Shown: positions 27,682-37,846 of the stretch, piece after piece | How positions within the stretch are numbered: position 1 is the stretch's first letter | Layout of the letters: each line of letters starts with the position of its first letter | Source of the DNA: Candidatus Acidiferrales bacterium | Lineage (GTDB): Bacteria > Acidobacteriota > Terriglobia > Acidiferrales > UBA7541 | DNA: 64,000 nt | NCBI GenBank assembly: GCA_963735825.1 | Contig: CAVTMR010000020.1 | Location: forward strand, 499,770-563,769 | Direction of reading: 5' to 3' | The notes under the pieces: model-generated | What the model saw: only the letters and a program-made list of their open reading frames with translations | Told to the model about the DNA's origin: nothing | The model's database searches: none | Program-made: the position numbers and the translations under genes

Positions 27682-28497
27682 AGAACCATGGCGTAGCCAA
27701 CCGAGACCGTACCAAAGTGCTAGAGTTTCGGCAACATTGACATTATTTTAAACGCGTGCTGCCTTGTTACTTTTTTCCCGCCACACAGGAAGTGGGGTCA
27801 GAGCGCCAGTTCTGCCAAGACACGGTCACCCCACCCATCTTCTTAGCCGCTATCTGCCTTGTACGCTCGTTAAGGTTTGAGTCAATCGTGGTCTTCCTGC
27901 CACCATGCGACGAGCAAGTAGAGGTGCGTCAAGGCGACCGTGATGGACGCAGCTCCCGTACTTCTTCGGGAAACTAGGAATGCTCGGAAGCAGGAGAAAA
28001 CAGAAGCTCAGCCCCACCATCATCATCCCACCTTATACAAATTCTTCCTCTTCGTCCTGTGCAAAGTGAATTCTTGTCACTGTATGCAACGTGTAATCAC
28101 CGATCTCAGGAACTTCAACCAGTTGCGTAGAGCACGTTTACCTCGAATGAAAGGGCGGGGGCCACAGCAGCGTTTCTGCCGATCGGTCAGCTACCGTAGT
28201 GACATGCAGCGGCGAATGGCTCGCCAAGCTGCCAATCATCGCAATAGTTCAGCGGATAGGATCCTTTCAACCTTAGTTGAGCTTATAGCGTCGCGTCCCT
28301 TTATACACTTTTCTGGGTATGCCTCTGACAGGGGAGTGACCCTAAAATATCCAAGATCTCCTATCGAAGAGGTGGGAACAATAAAACAGCGGGTGCAGAG
28401 AGTCGCCGAATGGAATTAGAGAAATAGGGAGCATCGAATCGAGTTGTCACTGCCGTCTGGACCTACGGGATTCTGCGCAACGAATGTGGGTGAAGCG

Positions 28498-28824
28498 ATG
28501 GCCCAAATACCCTCCCGAAGGCTAAATTCTCGCGTCGAGTCGAGCAATAATGTGTGGGTCTATTGGGAATGTAATGGAGACCGCGATCTATCCCGCGTCA
28601 AGGATATGAGCGTGGGAGGGTTGTTCATTGAGACCCCGAGAATCAAGCGCCTAGGCGCGAAGGCCAATCTTCATTTTCTTGTACAAGAGGGACAAATTCG
28701 AGCTAACGCTGTAGTGCGGCATGTGAAACCCGGCGGCGGAATGGGATTGAAGTTCAATGCGGTGAGTGAACAGGACCGTCCGAATCTGGCAGCGTTGATG
28801 CGAAGACTTCGGAGTCTGTCCTGA
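28498..28824 (+). CDS. PilZ-domain (c-di-GMP-binding type) protein
   Basis: RRLNSR (RxxxR) and DMSVGG (DxSxxG) motifs; ..GMGLKFNAVSEQDRPNLAALMRRL. Confidence 0.8.
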   Translation: MAQIPSRRLNSRVESSNNVWVYWECNGDRDLSRVKDMSVGGLFIETPRIKRLGAKANLHFLVQEGQIRANAVVRHVKPGGGMGLKFNAVSEQDRPNLAALMRRLRSLS

Positions 28825-28895
28825 CTGCTCTCTGATGTGCGATATCCAATTGGCGACCAGCGGCGAGACTTAGGTCGGTGACACGCAAAGAAAAT

Positions 28896-29426
28896 TTATC
28901 GGATCCCGCCTGAAAGAAATGGTGTCGCGTGATAAGCTCGAAATACCGCTCCCACCTCAAGTCTGGAGGATTCCATGCAGACTCCTGAATCCAGCCTAGA
29001 GGTGGTGATAATACAGTCAGATAGTTCTGTACTGGAATAGTTGCGAACTTTCCCGTCAGGGAGTCCACGCCTACTTCTCTGGCTCATGACGGTTAATTTG
29101 CCTTTCTCTCCGCGACGCCGAGAGCGGAAAGCGATATTCATAAATGGATTGAAATTTCTGTCACGGAGGATTTCCCACGTCCGGAAACTGCTGATTAGGG
29201 TGAGGTTCGCCTTGGCCACGTATGTGACCACAGCTGCGTCGTCTATCAACCCTAGCACCGGAATGGAATCAGGAACGAGATCAAGCGGACTCACGAAGTA
29301 AATGACCGCGGCGACGAGCATGAGAATTGAGTCAGGTGGGTGTGAAACTTGCCTGCAAGATGAGCATGAAGAAGACGAAGAAATATTTGGAGGCTTTCCC
29401 AAGAGCCAAGGAGAAATTCGTAGCAC
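28896..29426 (-). CDS. DUF1232 (YkvA-like) membrane protein, probably frame-disrupted
   Basis: Core LVAAVIYFVSPLDLVPDSIPVLGLIDDAAV. The expected N-terminal part (EKLRSPLEKADRKSEKCYEFLLGSWESLQIFLRLLHAHLAGKF) sits in a different frame at about 29330-29520. The ORF's own N-terminus (SSSSSCSSC) and long C-terminal tail are not protein-like. Confidence 0.55.
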   Translation of the reverse strand: MLRISPWLLGKPPNISSSSSCSSCRQVSHPPDSILMLVAAVIYFVSPLDLVPDSIPVLGLIDDAAVVTYVAKANLTLISSFRTWEILRDRNFNPFMNIAFRSRRRGEKGKLTVMSQRSRRGLPDGKVRNYSSTELSDCIITTSRLDSGVCMESSRLEVGAVFRAYHATPFLSGGIR

Positions 29427-29760
29427 TTCTCTGATTTGCGGTCGGCTTTCTCAAGAGGGGAACGCAGCTTCTCCTCGTGTCCGACATACGACTCGGCTCT
29501 TATCCTTGCCTGCTCAAATGTGAGATGTTACTTGCTGCTCCAACATGTGCCGCCCGCACCTGCGAAGGTTATGAGTTAAGACAGAGGCGCGATGGAGTTC
29601 ACGGGCGCAAATTGTCGCGAACGGTTTTTGTTTTTGAAGCTGAGGGCAACTTCCCGCGAGCAGGGTCATGGTCGCCCTGACCCATCTCTACTTAACCTCT
29701 ATCTGACTTTTACGCCCAGGGGTGCTTTGAGTCAATGATGATTTCCGGTCAGAAAGATCG

Positions 29761-30126
29761 TTATGCTGTTGCCGTAATAGCTCGGCTGAAAGTCTCAATG
29801 GCTACCGTCTCGTCGTCCACGATGTCAATGACGGTATGCAGCTTTGTAATCTGCAGCATGTCCTGAACTTTGGCCGTGAGTTTGAGCAGCTTCAGGTCCC
29901 CCTTCACCTTCCGCACGCTCGCGGCGGCACTGACCAGATGACCTAAACCAGTGCTGTCAATGTAATTCACGTCGGCGAGATTGAGCAGAATTTTCCTATG
30001 TCCTTCGCCCAACAGGTCGCAAACCAATTCGCGCAGTGCAGCACTTTCTTCCCCAAAAACAATCTGGCCACTGATGTCCACGATGGCGACACCATTTACT
30101 CGTCGTGTGGTTGCCGTCATTTCCAC
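29761..30126 (-). CDS. STAS-domain anti-sigma-factor antagonist, orphan
   Basis: VAIVDISGQIVFGEESAALRE..KILLNLADVNYIDSTGLGHLVS..KGDLKLLKLTAKVQDMLQITKL. Confidence 0.9.
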   Translation of the reverse strand: MEMTATTRRVNGVAIVDISGQIVFGEESAALRELVCDLLGEGHRKILLNLADVNYIDSTGLGHLVSAAASVRKVKGDLKLLKLTAKVQDMLQITKLHTVIDIVDDETVAIETFSRAITATA

Positions 30127-30844
30127 TTGTCAACTCGTAGCACATTTAAGGACTGCAGGACTCTACCATTGGCCTCAAAAAGGGGAGTATACCACCAAGC
30201 GTACTTACTTTAGCGCAAGCCAGGTATAGCGGCGGAGATTTTTAGCCTCGCTCTAAAGCAACAGAGGAAACTGGTTTGGCTGGTGGGATGAATTGACCGC
30301 TGCCTCAGTAGGAATCTGCCTGAACACGTGGCGCCCAGGAGCGCGCAGTGATGTCTATAACAACGTTAGAAGGCACCGGAGGGGATCGAACCTGCCATCG
30401 CGTAAGGCGGCAGGCCCAAGTCTACAGTCCGCGATGCCCAACCAGGGTGGCGCTCCTGAGCAGGTTGGAGTCCCCCGCATGGGAAAACCACTGACAACTG
30501 AGAACATGAAGTCTCTCTCCAAAGCCGATATCAAAGAGTGGCAAGATGCTGGCGAAGAATATCGAAGGCTAGCTAAACAGGACGAGAAGAAGCGGGTGAA
30601 GTCCTGATGCAGGTCGGACCTGTCAGCATTCAGCCACAGAAATTGTGCCCAAAATTGTACCGACACTCTCCGTTTTGCCCGCTCTATCCGTTTTGTCTCT
30701 TCATAAAATCAGTAATTTAACTTACGTGTTTTCAACGGAACCAATGAGTTCAACTCCCACCCGGCTCCGACAAATTCTACTTTGGATCCCGATCAGTCGT
30801 AACCGCATGAACCAAGCTTGAGAGCCGCTCGCGCTCTCGCAATG

Positions 30845-31168
30845 CTAGTAGTCTTCTTCGGGCCGGCGACCGTACAAGCTTCGGGCGGATTTTGGTGCGC
30901 GAGCAGACCGGTAGGTGTCGAGCTCTGTGCTGGTGATTACGTATTGGCTTTCCGGAGGATGGTTCGAATGGGCGGCCAGTTCCGCTTGCAGTCTCTCCGA
31001 GCAAATGCCGGGGGCGTCCTGATAGCGAGCGCGATGCGATACGAAGGCTTCATTGGCAATGTTGAAGGTGAACTCGCGGTCCTCACCCTCCCCGCGGACA
31101 ACAAACGTGTATTCACGGGCGAGGGGTGTCGCCTGAAAGCCAACGTATTGGACTATGAAGCTGCTCAC
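30845..31168 (-). CDS. hypothetical protein (107 aa)
   Basis: Protein-like ORF (MSSFIVQYVGFQATPLAREYTFVVRGEGEDREFTFNI..). 4-nt ATGA overlap with the upstream ORF. Confidence 0.6.
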   Translation of the reverse strand: MSSFIVQYVGFQATPLAREYTFVVRGEGEDREFTFNIANEAFVSHRARYQDAPGICSERLQAELAAHSNHPPESQYVITSTELDTYRSARAPKSARSLYGRRPEEDY

Positions 31169-31413
31169 TTTGCGCCTGGAACGAAGACGCGAGCGGCATG
31201 GGTCGGAGCGGGCGCCGCGGCTTTCACGCGCTTGGCGCGCCGGCGCTTCGGTGGAACTCCATCCGCGGGTTCGACCACCATCAGGCTTGTGACGAATTTC
31301 TTAACTCCATGAGCGTCGAAGTCGATTGTGGTGCGCTCGGAGCTTGATTCAGTGATGACCCCACAGCCGTATTGGAGATGCTTGATGTACTGACCTGCCT
31401 CGAGAATTGCCAC
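31165..31413 (-). CDS. small DUF3553/Tudor-like protein with basic tail
   Basis: MAILEAGQYIKHLQYGCGVITESSSERTTIDFDAHGVKKF resembles the G..V.H..fG.G.V...F...G.K pattern. Followed by KRRRAKRVK. Confidence 0.55.
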   Translation of the reverse strand: MAILEAGQYIKHLQYGCGVITESSSERTTIDFDAHGVKKFVTSLMVVEPADGVPPKRRRAKRVKAAAPAPTHAARVFVPGAK

Positions 31414-31523
31414 GAAATCCTCCTCATTGTATGAACAGAGTTTGTCGCCTGCCCCACTCTCGCGAGGCAGTAAGCCATTAAAATTTGTGCGCTACCCACG
31501 AACCGAGGAAATCCCTCTGCTAG

Positions 31524-31856
31524 CTAGTAACGGCGCCCGTTTCCGCCAGACCTGCCGCCAGAATAGCCACCACGGCCGCCCGAGCGGTCGCCTCCGCCGC
31601 CACGGCCTTCCTGCGGACGGGCTTCATTCACTTGCAGGGCCCGGCCTTCTACATCCATACCGTTCAGTTCACCGATCGCTTTAGCCGCATCATCGCCGGA
31701 CCCAAGTTCCACGAATCCGAAACCGCGGGAGCGTCCCGTTTCGCGATCGGTGATAACGCGAGCCGAAGACACTTGATATCCTTTTGCGAGGAAAAGCTGT
31801 TGCAGGCTGTCATCGGTCATTCCGAAGGAGAGATTTCCAATATAGAGTTTTGTCAT
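31524..31856 (-). CDS. RRM (RNP-1/RNP-2) RNA-binding protein with Gly/Arg-rich tail
   Basis: LYIGNLSF (RNP-2), RGFGFVEL (RNP-1), tail GRGGGGDRSGGRGGYSGGRSGGNGRRY. Confidence 0.92.
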   Translation of the reverse strand: MTKLYIGNLSFGMTDDSLQQLFLAKGYQVSSARVITDRETGRSRGFGFVELGSGDDAAKAIGELNGMDVEGRALQVNEARPQEGRGGGGDRSGGRGGYSGGRSGGNGRRY

Positions 31857-32080
31857 ACGTTTTTCCTTTTATCTGTCTCTTTCAACGTTCCCAAAATGCG
31901 CAGGAACAGATGTTTCTTGCCCAACACCGCAAAATTGTCTTTCCCCCGCAATCGTGAGAACGAAGAATCCTTCAGGGAGCAACCAACCTTGAGCCCGCTG
32001 TGGACATTTTCCGTGATTTGTGTACTTGCTCGGAAAGATAAATTGCTTCCATGTGATTGCGTCGATTTCCGGAGTTGCGT

Positions 32081-32401
32081 TCAGGAAGCAACGGCTGAAG
32101 CCATTTTGTGGAAGGTGGAGTTAGCGACCATGTAGGTGTGGACGCGCAAGGCGCCGTCAATCACCTCGCTCAGCAGCTTAGTGACTTGTGCAAAGGCGGC
32201 GTGATCATATTTCTCGGCGTCAGCGCTATTTTCCCAGAAACTATACGCGTAGACTTCTTTGCCGCTTTGCGAGAACAGCGTAATTTCGTCGAGGAATCCC
32301 TTTTGCCTGCGGAGCAGGGGAATTACCTCGGTTTCCATTTTCTTGATGAACTCTCCGGCGCACTCCGCTTTCAAGTGCATGGAGACTTTGCGAGCGAACA
32401 T
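32081..32401 (-). CDS. ABM/Dabb-like small alpha+beta barrel protein
   Basis: 106 aa, MFARKVSMHLKAE..EVIPLLRRQKGFLDEITLFSQSGKEVYAYSFWENSADAEKY, the pattern typical of antibiotic-biosynthesis-monooxygenase-like domains. Confidence 0.6.
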   Translation of the reverse strand: MFARKVSMHLKAECAGEFIKKMETEVIPLLRRQKGFLDEITLFSQSGKEVYAYSFWENSADAEKYDHAAFAQVTKLLSEVIDGALRVHTYMVANSTFHKMASAVAS

Positions 32402-32511
32402 AAGACTCTCCCTGGTTTCCAGATCAAGGGAGTAATTCAGGCGATGCGCCGGGTCTAGGAGACCTGAAGGCAGCCTTGATCACAGTTACAGTTTGACCTA
32501 CTTTACAGGTC

Positions 32512-33570
32512 TTGTCAAGCGTATTCCCAGACGATACTATGTACTTTACCTGCCAAGTGAATTCAGGAGGCCCTGTGGACGTTTGTTTTGTGATTCAACA
32601 GCGATTGAAAGAATTGGGCCTGGAACAGCGCGATCTCGCGGTCGCGGCTCAGGTCACGGAATCCTACATCTCGCAGCTCCTCACGCGGAAAAAAGCGCCG
32701 CCGTCTGCCGATCGCACCGATCTCTACGACAAGATGAACGCTTTTTTGAAATTACCCCACGGCCAGCTTTCGGCGATGGTCCAGGAACAACAAAGAGAGG
32801 AACTGAAGAAGAAGGTGGTCGATCCACCGGCGCCCTTGTTCAAAAATGTCCGCGAGCTGATCATTCGAAAATGCGCCGGTCAAAAACAGAAGCAGGTGCG
32901 AGATATTTTCGAGAAGCAGGCTTTTGGCGAACTGGAACGGCTAATCACGCAGAAACTCGTGGACGTGGCCAAAGGAGTGGCTAAAGACGAGTTCAATAAC
33001 GAGGGTTGGCTGCGCACCGTTGCAAAGCTCGGCGAACGTTCCTATGAGGAAATGCGGGCGATCATTCTGGAATTTCTCGACACCGACGTCTTCAACGTTT
33101 CTCCCGAGCACTGCTCGGCTTTCCTGGATCCGATGATTGATTCCTGGGACATCGATTTGGAAACCTTCGCGATGGAAGTCGTGTTGAACCATCGGTTGGC
33201 TTCCAAGCAAGTGATGAAGCTTCAGTTTGTGCAAACGGATTCCTTCCCGTCCCCTGAAGAGGAACCGGGGTTCAAGGTTTTCCTAAACAGTTCAACAATG
33301 AGCGGCGGCGCTACCGCAGACGAACTGGAATTTCTGGCGAGTTTGAGGTTCGGGGAGAAGCGACCGACGCCGCTGTATTACTACCGCGAGTTGCAAAGCC
33401 TGCGTGATCCGCTCCATTTTCGCGAGAACCTGGGCGCTACAATGCATAAGCGCCGCGAAGTGGGTGACGTCGAGAAGCACAGGCAGGTGGAATCGCGAAA
33501 AAGTGCCGTGCGGCGATGGGCCAAAAACAAAACAAGGTCGCGCAAGAACGGCAAGCCGAAGATAGCCTAG
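32512..33570 (+). CDS. XRE-type HTH protein with large uncharacterised C-terminal domain
   Basis: IQQRLKELGLEQRDLAVAAQVTESYISQLLTRKKAP is an HTH_XRE signature. The remaining ~270 aa are unassigned, with a basic tail. Start uncertain (32512/32539/GTG near 32575). Confidence 0.75.
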   Translation: MSSVFPDDTMYFTCQVNSGGPVDVCFVIQQRLKELGLEQRDLAVAAQVTESYISQLLTRKKAPPSADRTDLYDKMNAFLKLPHGQLSAMVQEQQREELKKKVVDPPAPLFKNVRELIIRKCAGQKQKQVRDIFEKQAFGELERLITQKLVDVAKGVAKDEFNNEGWLRTVAKLGERSYEEMRAIILEFLDTDVFNVSPEHCSAFLDPMIDSWDIDLETFAMEVVLNHRLASKQVMKLQFVQTDSFPSPEEEPGFKVFLNSSTMSGGATADELEFLASLRFGEKRPTPLYYYRELQSLRDPLHFRENLGATMHKRREVGDVEKHRQVESRKSAVRRWAKNKTRSRKNGKPKIA

Positions 33571-33662
33571 GGCAAGCTGAGGGCATCTGGACGCACAATT
33601 CTTTTGCCAACTTGTCCATTTTGTCCATTTGGTTGGTTCATCAAGCGCATTCCCCGAGAATA

Positions 33663-33671
33663 TGGTATAGT
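33663..33671 (+). promoter_or_regulatory. candidate extended -10 promoter element (TGgTATAGT) upstream of the helicase
   Basis: tggtatagt lies about 190 nt upstream of ATG 33860, preceded by the direct repeat ttgtccattt-tgtccattt. It would give a long 5' UTR. Confidence 0.25.
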
Positions 33672-33859
33672 GGTTGTGCGCTTAATCCCGCGGCAGTGTT
33701 GTGCGGCTCCTCTGGTTCCATAAGTGATCTGAGTATACCCGCCTCCGTTTCCTCCGTACGTTTTCAGCGTAATTCAAACTAAGACTGGCGAACAGATCGC
33801 CCGGCCTGCCAGATTTTCTGGGCACGTCCTGCGAGTGTAAACACCAGTAAGAAAGCAAA

Positions 33860-35089
33860 ATGCAAAATTTTTCAGAACTTCCGATTTCTATGTACCTGAA
33901 GGAGCGACTGTCCGCTGCTCGCTTTTCAGTGCCCACGCCGGTTCAAGCCGCGGCGATACCTCAGGTGCTGGAGGGCAAGGACGTGCTCGCAACCGCGCAA
34001 ACCGGGACTGGCAAGACCCTGGCGTTCCTTATCCCCGTAATAGAAAGACTCCTCAAGCAGGAAAAGCCAGGTCTAGCCGCTCTGGTGCTGGTGCCAACGC
34101 GTGAACTTGCGATGCAGGTGGTTGAGCAATACAACGCGCTGCGCGGCAAGAAACTTCTACCCGCAGCCTTAGTGGTCGGCGGATTGGCCGAAGCGCAACA
34201 GCTACGTGCCATCCGCAACGGAGCCAGCGTGATCGTTGCGACTCCCGGCCGACTTCAGGATTATCTCGACCGCAAGCTAGTCCAGTTCCGCAGTCTGCAG
34301 GTGCTGGTTCTGGATGAAGCGGACCGCATGTTGGACATGGGTTTTCTTCCCGCGATTCGCAGAATTGCGTCGGTGCTGCCAAAAGAGCGCCAGACGCTGT
34401 GCTTTTCCGCGACGATGGAAGGAGACATGATCCATCTTGTGAAGGAATACACCAGAAACCCGGTGCGCCTCTCCTTCGGTTCCACCCTCAAGCCTTCGGA
34501 AAATGTACGACTCCAGGCATTTGAGGTTTCTGCTGACGACAAACAGCAACTCCTCCGGCACCTCCTGAGTAAGGAAAGCGGCCGGTGCCTGGTGTTTTCC
34601 CGCACCAAGCGCGGCACAGAACGTATCGCCAAGGCGCTGAATCGCGATGGTATCGCCGCGGCCACAATCCATGGCGATCGCTCGCAATCGCAACGCACGA
34701 CAGCACTGACCGGGTTTCAACAGGGCCGCGTTCGGGTGTTGGTGGCTACCGACCTGGCTTCGCGCGGAATTCATGTCCAGGATATCGCTCATGTCATCAA
34801 CTATGACCTCCCCGACGTGGCGGAAAACTTCATTCACCGAGTGGGCCGAACCGGGCGTGCAGGCAAGCAGGGAATCGCTTCTACACTCTTTGTGAAGGAG
34901 CAGCGATCCGATCTCTTCCAATTGGAGCGCGCGCTCGGCATCCGAATTGAAAAGATGCGGGCCGATGGCATTCCCGCGGCGGAATCTCGGAATCGCAATC
35001 GCGGTAATGTTGGTCGCGGCGAATCAACACCACGACCGCGCATCGTGCAACTGCCTGGCGAAGTCTTGCAAGCGCAGATGCAGAGCTAA
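33860..35089 (+). CDS. rhlE: DEAD-box ATP-dependent RNA helicase (RhlE-like)
   Basis: AQTGTGKT, PTRELA, DEAD, SAT, HRVGRTGRAG. Confidence 0.95.
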   Translation: MQNFSELPISMYLKERLSAARFSVPTPVQAAAIPQVLEGKDVLATAQTGTGKTLAFLIPVIERLLKQEKPGLAALVLVPTRELAMQVVEQYNALRGKKLLPAALVVGGLAEAQQLRAIRNGASVIVATPGRLQDYLDRKLVQFRSLQVLVLDEADRMLDMGFLPAIRRIASVLPKERQTLCFSATMEGDMIHLVKEYTRNPVRLSFGSTLKPSENVRLQAFEVSADDKQQLLRHLLSKESGRCLVFSRTKRGTERIAKALNRDGIAAATIHGDRSQSQRTTALTGFQQGRVRVLVATDLASRGIHVQDIAHVINYDLPDVAENFIHRVGRTGRAGKQGIASTLFVKEQRSDLFQLERALGIRIEKMRADGIPAAESRNRNRGNVGRGESTPRPRIVQLPGEVLQAQMQS

Positions 35090-35462
35090 CGCCGGCTCGA
35101 TACCGTTCGTTCTGGAGATATTCTCTTGGCCGAACGAAACCATTGCAAACGGCAAATTGTGTTGGAGCCTGCTTCGATAGAATTCATACTAAGCGTCGCT
35201 TACATGAACAGATCCAGGGGTGAGTCCGGTAGTGTATACTGGGGAAGTTCAGAGTCTGGAATTTCAAACTTTTCGGATACTCGAGGGCATCGGGACAACC
35301 GGAGTCCTGTTCGCATAAAGCGGCCTGATCGAATTACGGCCGCAATCCACACATCGTGCTGGCCGTTTGCCACGCAAAGCCCAGGGGTTTTCACGCGATA
35401 ACAAGGGCGTTGTTTTCAGGATCGACCGGTCAATTCTGGCAGTGCGTTGAGGGGAGAAACCA

Positions 35463-37181
35463 TTGTCGCAGGACATTCAGGAAAAACACGACCACGTTCG
35501 CAACCTCATAGCTTTGGGGAAGGAACGGGGTTATTTGCTGACGGAAGAGGTGAACGACTTCCTAGCGGCCGAGGAACATACGCCGGAAGAAATAGATACC
35601 GTCTTGTCCTCTTTTGAGAACGATGGCATCGAGGTCTACGAAGACGCCTCTGCCGCCAAGGTCGCGCGCGGCCTCCCTGAGGTTGCGGAATCTACCGAAC
35701 CGGCGATGCGCTACGATGCTGCTCGCGCCGAAGACCACGGAATCGATCCGATCATTTCTCCTCCGGAAAAGAATAGCGATCCCGTCAGGACGTACTTGCG
35801 GGAAATGGCCTTGGTTCCGCTGTTGACGCGCGAACGGGAAGTGTCCATCGCCAAGCGTATGGAGCGCGGTCACAAGCTGGTCCTGAAAACAATCTCTCGT
35901 TCCCCACTGGTTCTAAAGGAATTGATTTCCATTGGCGAAGAGCTTCGCACCGACGCGCGGCCCATCAAGACCATCATTCATTTCTATGAAGAGGAACTGA
36001 CCGCGGAAAAAATGGAAGACAAGAAGCGGCATGTTCTACGGATTATCGACAAGGTGGAGAAACTTCGCTCCCTGGGACTGAAGCAAGCGGCACGCGTCGA
36101 GGCCACACCAAAAGCTAACAAACGGGAGTATTTGCGGGCACAGGGCCGTCTGGCGCGAACAAAAGTGGAAATGTCGCTGCTGGTGCGCTCCATCGATTTT
36201 CAGGAACGGGAAAGAAAGCGCCTGATCGATATCATGCGGCACACCGTCGAACGACTGCACGCGATTGAGCGCGAGACTGCCCGGTTGGAACGCCGCGTAA
36301 CTGCCGCCCGTGGCGATGCCGCCGTCGAGGCGCGAAAGGAATTGCGATCGTGTCGTGCACAACGAAACACGATCAAGGAATCGAGCGAAGTTGAGTTGAG
36401 TAGTTTAAAACACACCCTGACGCTGATCCTGCGGGGTGAGGCCGAAGCTCAGCAGGCAAAAAGAGAACTGACGGAGGCAAACCTTCGTCTAGTAGTGTCC
36501 ATCGCCAAAAAGTACACCAACCGCGGGCTGCAGTTCCTCGATCTGATCCAGGAAGGCAATATCGGATTGATGAGGGGGACGGATAAGTTTGAATGGCGGC
36601 GCGGCTATAAGTTTTCCACGTACGCGACCTGGTGGATTCGTCAGGCTATCACGCGAGCGATCGCGGACCATGCCCGCACGATCCGTGTGCCGGTGCATAT
36701 GGTGGAGATGATTAACAAGCAAATGCGCACCAGCCGGCAACTTGTGCAGGAACTCGGTCGGGAACCCACCGCAGAAGAGATTGCCAAACGCATGGACATT
36801 TCCGTCGAGCAGGTGCGAAAAGCCAAGAAAATAGCGCAGGTGCCGATTTCTTTCGAGACGCCGGTTGGTGAAGATGAGGACGCGCACCTGAGCGATTTCG
36901 TCGAGGATAAGGGAGTGATCTCGCCCTCCGACGCGGCCATCAACTTGAACATGAAAGAACAGATGGCCACCATGTTGAAGACGCTAACGCCGCGCGAGGA
37001 GCGAATTATCAAGATGCGATTTGGGATTGAGGACGGAAACGAGCACACGCTTGAGGAAGTGGGCCGGACATTCGCCGTGACGCGCGAGCGCATTCGTCAG
37101 ATTGAAGCCAAAGCGCTGCGCAAACTGCGGCAGCCCTCGCGTTCTAGAAAGTTCCGCGTCTTTTTGGAAGGAGCATTCTAG
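35463..37181 (+). CDS. rpoD: primary RNA polymerase sigma factor (sigma-70)
   Basis: TTG start. [59 protein letters not shown], and the region 4.2 motif [28 protein letters not shown]. Confidence 0.97.
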   Translation: MSQDIQEKHDHVRNLIALGKERGYLLTEEVNDFLAAEEHTPEEIDTVLSSFENDGIEVYEDASAAKVARGLPEVAESTEPAMRYDAARAEDHGIDPIISPPEKNSDPVRTYLREMALVPLLTREREVSIAKRMERGHKLVLKTISRSPLVLKELISIGEELRTDARPIKTIIHFYEEELTAEKMEDKKRHVLRIIDKVEKLRSLGLKQAARVEATPKANKREYLRAQGRLARTKVEMSLLVRSIDFQERERKRLIDIMRHTVERLHAIERETARLERRVTAARGDAAVEARKELRSCRAQRNTIKESSEVELSSLKHTLTLILRGEAEAQQAKRELTEANLRLVVSIAKKYTNRGLQFLDLIQEGNIGLMRGTDKFEWRRGYKFSTYATWWIRQAITRAIADHARTIRVPVHMVEMINKQMRTSRQLVQELGREPTAEEIAKRMDISVEQVRKAKKIAQVPISFETPVGEDEDAHLSDFVEDKGVISPSDAAINLNMKEQMATMLKTLTPREERIIKMRFGIEDGNEHTLEEVGRTFAVTRERIRQIEAKALRKLRQPSRSRKFRVFLEGAF

Positions 37182-37256
37182 GAATCAGCCGTACGGCACC
37201 GACTGCAGTCGGACCCATGGTCCTACCGGCGGTGCGAAGAGTTAAGGAGAATAGCA

Positions 37257-37604
37257 ATGAAGAGTCTATTTGTAGGCAATCTCAGTTTTCAAACGACCGA
37301 AGGCGAATTGATGGCCCTGTTCAATCAATTTGGGCAGGTCACGCGGGCGAATGTCGTGATGGACCGGGAAACTGGTCGCGCCCGGGGTTTTGCCTTTGTG
37401 GAAATGCCCAACGATGACGAGGCCGCAAAGGCCATTGCCGGCCTGGACGGGAAGTCACTCGGTGGGCGCAACCTGAAGGTGAACGAAGCCCGTCCGAAGA
37501 CGGTGACGCGCACGCCGAGAGTCGGCGGCGGAGGAGGCCGGGACAGATTTTCGAACGAGGACTACCGCGAAGCAGCTCGGCAGCCGCGCGAACCTCGGTG
37601 GTGA
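37257..37604 (+). CDS. RRM RNA-binding protein
   Basis: LFVGNLSF (RNP-2), RGFAFVEM (RNP-1); RBS aaggagaa. Confidence 0.92.
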   Translation: MKSLFVGNLSFQTTEGELMALFNQFGQVTRANVVMDRETGRARGFAFVEMPNDDEAAKAIAGLDGKSLGGRNLKVNEARPKTVTRTPRVGGGGGRDRFSNEDYREAARQPREPRW

Positions 37605-37660
37605 ATCCCGGCGCGGGTTCTACGGCAGAGTAGCATTCATAACCACATCAAGGAGATCCG

Positions 37661-37846
37661 ATGACGATCACATTTCAGAAGCGCCAGAAGGAAATGAAGC
37701 GGCAGGAAAAGCAACGCGAGAAGGCAGCGCGGCGTGAACAAAAGAAGCTTGCAAAGCGTGCGGAAAAAGAAGCCGCCGTCGAAAACGCAAACGGGAACTC
37801 GGACGTAGTCGTGGACGAGGTCGCCGGTTCCGAGCCGCAAGGCTAA
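37661..37846 (+). CDS. small highly basic Lys/Arg/Glu-rich protein (61 aa)
   Basis: RBS aaggag 6 nt upstream. MTITFQKRQKEMKRQEKQREKAARREQKKLAKRAEKE.., same strand as the RRM gene. Confidence 0.5.
   Translation: MTITFQKRQKEMKRQEKQREKAARREQKKLAKRAEKEAAVENANGNSDVVVDEVAGSEPQG

Noticed and set aside
27635-27760. Sigma-54 (TGGCAC-N5-TTGC) promoter upstream of the pilin gene, as in many type IV pilin genes.
   Set aside because: The candidate GG/GC pairs (tggtacggtctcggttggc, tggctacgcca..) do not fit the -24/-12 spacing or consensus.
27940-28419. 159-aa ORF in the pilin-PilZ spacer.
   Set aside because: The composition (HHHH, many Arg/Cys/Ser) is not protein-like, and there is no RBS or family motif. 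The region is kept as an unexplained spacer instead.
30372-30460. tRNA-like stretch on the minus strand with a GGTTCGATCC T-loop box and a CTGTAGA loop resembling a GUA (Tyr) anticodon loop.
   Set aside because: I could not pair a T-stem (gcagg vs ccctc), an anticodon stem, or a 7-bp acceptor stem in any register. At best it is a degenerate tRNA or att remnant. It needs tRNAscan-SE/ARAGORN to settle.
30748-30775. gagttcaactcccacccggctccg, resembling the 3' end (T-loop to acceptor) of a tRNA; a possible att-site duplicate.
   Set aside because: The 5' T-stem partner matches at only 3 of 5 positions, no cognate full tRNA is present in the window, and no matching direct repeat was seen near the integrase remnant.
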